64,000 nucleotides of DNA from Sphaerodactylus townsendi. Lineage: Eukaryota. This document shows, in pieces, positions 59,801 to 64,000 of this stretch (within the stretch, counting starts at the first letter, position 1; each line of letters starts with the position of its first letter). The stretch spans positions 22,382,001 to 22,446,000 of the forward strand of contig NC_059436.1 in assembly GCF_021028975.2 (NCBI RefSeq). The letters run 5' to 3'. Under the pieces are notes generated by a model that ran no database searches, had not been told where the DNA came from, and was given only the letters and a program-made list of their open reading frames with translations. A program made the translations under genes and the position numbers.

Positions 59801-60903
59801 TGAGAACCTTCAGGAAGCAGGAGGCCTGGAATTCCCACAGATTAATTACGCTCGTTGCAATGGAAAGAAATACCATTTTGTTTATGGCACTGGCTTTGGT
59901 CACATGGTTGGAGACTCCCTGATTAAGCTCAACACAACTACCAAGGAGATGAAGGTGACAGCGTGGGTGGCCTGGAAGTTGTGTGCTAAATATAACCTCA
60001 GCTATTGGGGATGGAGGAAATATGGTGTCCCGCTCTAGGTTGGGAAATTCCTGATCTCTGGGTGGGAAAGGTGGGCTCTGCCTACAGGAAAGGGGGGAGC
60101 ACTAACTACTGCAGATCTTTCGAGAATAAGCTTGCTAAAGGTTCTATGTAGCAGATCTGTGCATGCACAGTCCAAATGTGTGCCTGCACAGAGGGACACT
60201 TGATGAACAACAGTTACAGGTAAGTGCAACGTTGTTTTTCTTCCAGGGAACTGATCTCTGCAGAGATCACTTGTAGTTCTGGAAGAATTCCACCCTCCCC
60301 ACCTCTAGAGGTTGATGACCCCAGGGGGAGAAAAGAACCAACTTTGAAAAGCTGTATCAAAAGCCTGTTTTGATCCCTTCTTTTTTCCTGCTAGGTTTGG
60401 AAAGAGGAAGGCACATATCCTTCTGAGCCAGTGTTTGTTCCTGATCCCAGTGGCACTGAGGAAGACAGCGGAGTCATCTTGTCCGTAGTGGTCACAGCCA
60501 AACAGGTAGTTTGGGGTTTTTTTTACTTCTTTTAAAAAGGCTCTTATTCACACTTTAATTTTAGGCTACAAAAATCTGGTAGCATTCTGCCCTCTAGTGA
60601 ACGCTGTCATGTACAGCAGGTACAGTGTTGAGTTTTGAAGAGCTATGTCCTTGTATAGGTATCATGTTCTCCAGCCTTTCACCTTTCATTTGAGTTTTCC
60701 CAATTTACTGTGGAAGAATAGCCCTTCAAGTGATTATTGTGGGTGAGAAAGTAGCTGCCGTTTGTTTTTATCTATCCTTCTTGTTTCAGAATCAAGGCAC
60801 CTTCCTTCTCATTCTCGATGCCAAGAACTTCAGTGAAATGGGCCGAGCAGAAGTTCCAGTGCAGATCCCCTACGGTTTCCATGGCATATTTATCCAGCAT
60901 TAG
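47613..60903 (+). CDS. BCO2: Carotenoid-cleaving dioxygenase, mitochondrial (beta-carotene oxygenase 2; 574 aa), 12 exons
   Basis: Exons 47613-47697, 51079-51280, 52163-52374, 52956-53071, 53570-53672, 54882-55013, 56448-56608, 58064-58231, 59149-59286, 59772-59954, 60395-60505, 60790-60903 (1725 nt, all GT-AG, in phase). Motifs LRNGPG, HWFDG, PDPCK, the four Fe-ligand His (TAHPH, YYHSF, FHQIN, GFHG) and EFPQINY. Confidence 0.96.
48200..48620 (+). mobile_element. L2-clade LINE 3' fragment
   Basis: RLDYC...LQLV.NIAA...[14 protein letters not shown]...TYKILQGLG...LWNSLP. Confidence 0.8.
48798..49335. mobile_element. CpG-rich MITE with internal palindromes
   Basis: TIR TTTCTGCACGGCC / GGCCGTGCAGAAA; internal hairpins at ~48946-48974 and ~49035-49190; very high CpG content. 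Confidence 0.7.
49691..49879. mobile_element. Young Penelope-like pLTR fold-back element nested in a hAT MITE
   Basis: 12-bp TSD CTCCCTGAAATA (49679-49690 / 49880-49891); perfect 56-bp stem with 3-nt loop; intact hammerhead cores on both strands. Confidence 0.88.
49828..49875 (+). ncRNA. Minimal type I hammerhead ribozyme motif (PLE type)
   Basis: TCCT (stem I) - CTGAAGA (49834-49840) - T - GCCAGC cacagat GCAGGC (stem II) - GAAAC - GTC (49866-49868) - AGGA (stem I); loopless palindromic stem III (ACGT). Confidence 0.75.
53758..53853 (+). repeat. Compound (ATCA)n(GTCA)n microsatellite
   Basis: Directly visible in BCO2 intron 5. Confidence 0.95.
55896..56240 (+). mobile_element. tRNA-derived SINE (Squam3-like), full length
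   Basis: GAGAGCCAGCGTGGTGTAGTGGTTAAGAGC head; (CCT/CTT)n tail at 56186-56240. Confidence 0.87.
57061..57252. mobile_element. Penelope-like pLTR fold-back element (degenerate), BCO2 intron 7
   Basis: Inverted arms; imperfect flanking repeat CATCT(C/T)AG(A/G)GCTT. Confidence 0.78.
57579..57775. mobile_element. Short MITE with (G)GGTTGCCA / TGGCAACCC termini
   Basis: Related copies at ~58326-58530 and ~31398-31592. Confidence 0.6.
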
Positions 60904-61956
60904 CAGGGATAGTGTTTGTGGGGAGTGAGAGGACATAGCAGCAAGGAAAGATTTTGGATCTCAGCTATCCCCTCCTTTGTGGCCTTGGACAAAGTCAATA
61001 TGTGCCTTGATTTTCTTTGCCTTTGCAGCACTGTTTGTGGGCTGCCCTGATCCATAAAGGTATTGTAAGGGAGAATATGTTTATGGTTGCAATGTGGATA
61101 TTTTAGTGGATGATGGATAAATATTGCCCACACACAAAGCTTCAATCAAGAAACAGAAGGTTTAAGTTTGATTTATTTTGGGTGGGGGTGGAAGTTTAGT
61201 CTTTCATTCTTTATTCTTGTATTAATGTACTATAGTATGATTTTACTATGTGCGTGTGCCCAGAGCAGTTAACCATTAATTTTGTGGGTTTTAATGGAAA
61301 TATTTACAGCAATTATCAATACACTTAAAAAATTAATAGAATCATAGAGTTGGAAGCGACCACAAGGGCCATCAAGACCAACCCCCTGCCATGCAGGAAC
61401 ACACATGGTGGCGGAGGATAGGTAAAATGTCAGAGAGGGTAGATGTTACAGTTCTTCTCCCTCTTCACTAAGTGCATCTGCATGTTTTTACCAACGGGAA
61501 GGTAATGCCCCATCTTTCCAGAACCTGAGGCAGGAGAAGGAAACCTCAAGAGTCCATTCTGCACAGCACAAACAAGACGTCTGGGGGACATCTTAAAAAG
61601 AGGCAACTTCATAATTTCATTCCACACACCCAAAATAAGACATCCTGAGGATGTCTTTTAAAAAGCCGCCTATCATTTGTTTTCCAGATAGCACAGGTGT
61701 CAGAGGAGGAAAGAGGCTTTTTTTCCTGTCTGACTGGTAAGCTCTCTGGTCAGTTTCACCCTCTGCTTGTGCCCGATATTTTGAATGCTGCTGAAAGGAT
61801 TCTCCCTGTCGCCATTTGCTGAAGATTGCCCCAAGACATTGCCCCAAGAGCCTGTTCTGCAGGCTCCAATCCTGGGTGCCTTTTCAGCCCAAAAATGCAC
61901 ACAGTTGTACTCAGCTCTTCCTGCCAATTCCGGCAATATATACTTTTCCTTTTTAA

Positions 61957-62134
61957 ATTTTTAATTTTGGAGGCGCTATTTTTGAAGATGCGCAGACACG
62001 CATGTGAGAATCTTAGCTGCTCGAAGGACTCCCATCGAAAAGCTATGTATTTTTCAGTCACGGTCCTCTGAGCAGCTAAGATTCTCAAATGCGTGTCTGC
62101 ATATCTTTGAATTCAGCTCCTCCAAGATAAAAAA
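61957..62134. repeat. Long imperfect inverted repeat (probable MITE core)
   Basis: ~70-bp arms ...GCAGACACGCATGTGAGAATCTTAGCTGCTC... / ...GAGCAGCTAAGATTCTCAAATGCGTGTCTGC... Confidence 0.75.
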
Positions 62135-63026
62135 CCCCCAAAACAGTAAGGCTCCGGTTGATGACAGACAGGGCATCCAAAATGATAGATCCTTTGTATG
62201 GTTGTGACCCAAATGGTCTGATGGGTATATCTGGATATTTAACACAGTCTTGCATATAAATCCACAAACATTATCTGCAGTTTCCTAAACATTTTTGCAT
62301 GCCTACAATAGACCCAGGTTAGTTATTTGTTTCTTACAAGGAAAGAGATGAAAAAGAGCATTGAAAGAACACAACAGTTCTATTTGGTTAAATCTCCCTG
62401 CTCAGAGGCAGTTTATGCTTGTCTCAGAAGACCAGGTGAGCAGTTATTATTTTCCTGCTGCTACAGCAGCAGTAGAAAAAAAGATATCAACTGTGCCAAT
62501 TTATTCAGGCAAGACTGTATCATTTCCAACCCCCACCCCAATTCCTTTCCTAAATCCTTTCCCTACTTCAAAAGCAAGAGAGAAGCTACTTCCACACAGA
62601 GATTCTGCTCCCATTTGCAGCAGCAACCGAGACTCTGCAGGAAAGTATCCTCACACCAGCCATTTTCCCCACCCTTGCTACTGGTGGGATTTTGACAATT
62701 TTAAAAAATAAATTGGCATGGAGCCAGGACACTCCAAAAATACATTTACTGTCAGCTAAAATAAAATGGGCAAAGCTCACTCCTGTAGGGGATAAATGGC
62801 AGGGGCCAAGGGAAATGGGGAGAAAACCTATATCCATTCAGATCCCACTTGGGCTTTGAGTACAGCCTCTCTGGAGAAATTGTACCAAAGCAGGCTTTTC
62901 TGGGGTGGCAGTAGGGGAATGGCAAAGCTAAGGAAAAGTTGAAGGTGGATGAAGGCAAGATGACATTTTGCAAAATCTCCCTCAAAACTTGCTGAGCTTA
63001 AGGGGTGGAATATGGAGCAAAAGCTA

Positions 63027-63260
63027 CCCTGTTTCCCCGAAAATAAGACATCCCCTGAAAATAAGACAGGGTAGAGGTTTTGCTGAAGTGCTAAATATAA
63101 GGCCTCCCCTGAAAGTAAGACATAGCAAAGTTTTTGTTTGGAAGGATGCCCAGCAAACAGAACACCAGGAAAAATAAGTTATCCCCTGAAAATAAGACCT
63201 AGCGCATCTTGGGGGGCAAAAATTAATATAAGACACTGTCTTATTTTCGGGGAAACACGG
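63027..63260. mobile_element. Tc1/mariner-type MITE
   Basis: TIRs CC.TGTTTCCCCGAAAATAAGACA / TGTCTTATTTTCGGGGAAACACGG, TA on the left flank, internal CCCCTGAAAATAAGAC repeats. Confidence 0.8.
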
Positions 63261-63316
63261 TTAGTGTGGAAACAGCCAGAGTAGAGAAATTAGTAAAAAT
63301 GGTGTGCAGTGCGAGG

Positions 63317-63593
63317 CTAACCGTGGATTCCCCCCAGACTCAGAGTTCCAGAAAGGCAGTGGCTGTTGGCAGGGAAGAAGCAGTCATGGTTGGGCTTTTG
63401 AAGATCATTACAAAGCTTCTTTCCATCTGCGGGCATTGTACCCTTGCCTGCGGCAGCCGCCGGGGCAGGTATTCCTCCTTTATAGGTGACGCTGTTCTCC
63501 TCTGTTTCATACAGTTTTATCTTGTAAAGAGCCCCTGTGGGCAAGTACCTCTGGAGGTTTTCCCAGATGAACACGGCAAGATTCTCTGTTGTG
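63317..63593 (-). CDS. PTS: 6-pyruvoyl-tetrahydropterin synthase, last coding exon (upstream exons lie beyond the window)
   Basis: Acceptor ccctaatctgcag, exon starts at 63593. (S)[39 protein letters not shown] matches the PTPS C-terminus; synteny with BCO2. Confidence 0.9.
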
Positions 63594-64000
63594 CTGCAGA
63601 TTAGGGGAATGACAAATGCAGGAGAGAACATTAGTCTGGTTTGGGTCTTTTGTGGACATGACATTGAAAAGGTTACCGAGGGTCCACAGTTTGGTGGTAG
63701 AGCCCTTCCTTTGCATGCAGAAGATCCCTTGGCCATTTCCAGTTTAAATGATTTTGTTGTTTTTGCCATCAAGTCACAACTGACTTATGGCAACCCCGGA
63801 GGGGTTTAAAAGCAAGAGATGTCAGGAGGCGGGTCTGCCATTGCCTGCCTCCGCATTATGACCCTGGTAGTCCTTGGAGGTTTCCCATCCAAATACTTGC
63901 CAGGGTCAGAACTGAGAGTGTGTGTCTGGCTGAAAGTAATTCAGCAAGCTTCCATGGCTCCAGTGGGGATTTGAATCTGGGTATCCCAGGTATCCTCTGG

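Overview
Vertebrate genomic DNA from a squamate reptile, probably a gecko (inferred from the SINE and Penelope content). The window is syntenic with human 11q23.1. Gene order: PIH1D2(-), NKAPD1/C11orf57(+), TIMM8B(-), SDHD(+), IL18(-), TEX12(+), BCO2(+), then the last exon of PTS(-). I reconstructed exon structures by hand with consistent splice phases; the first seven ORFs look intact. Introns carry Squam3-like tRNA-SINEs, L2, RTE/BovB and RTEX-like fragments, and hAT, Harbinger and Mariner-like MITEs. Main observations: (1) at least 8 fold-back Penelope-derived elements carry minimal hammerhead-ribozyme cores, several intact and sense to host introns; (2) an orphan CpG-island promoter between IL18 and TEX12 has a phased CCAAT array, a TCT initiator and a 5' palindrome; (3) IL18 has a 9-nt micro-exon and an apparently coding first exon; (4) TEX12 has a GC-AG intron and an extended C-terminus; (5) BCO2 intron 1 holds a nested transposon stack; (6) PTS lies tail-to-tail with BCO2 and has a 51-aa C-terminal extension; (7) decayed antisense coding-like segments may run across SDHD. 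Comparisons with human and chicken proteins are from memory; no search was run.
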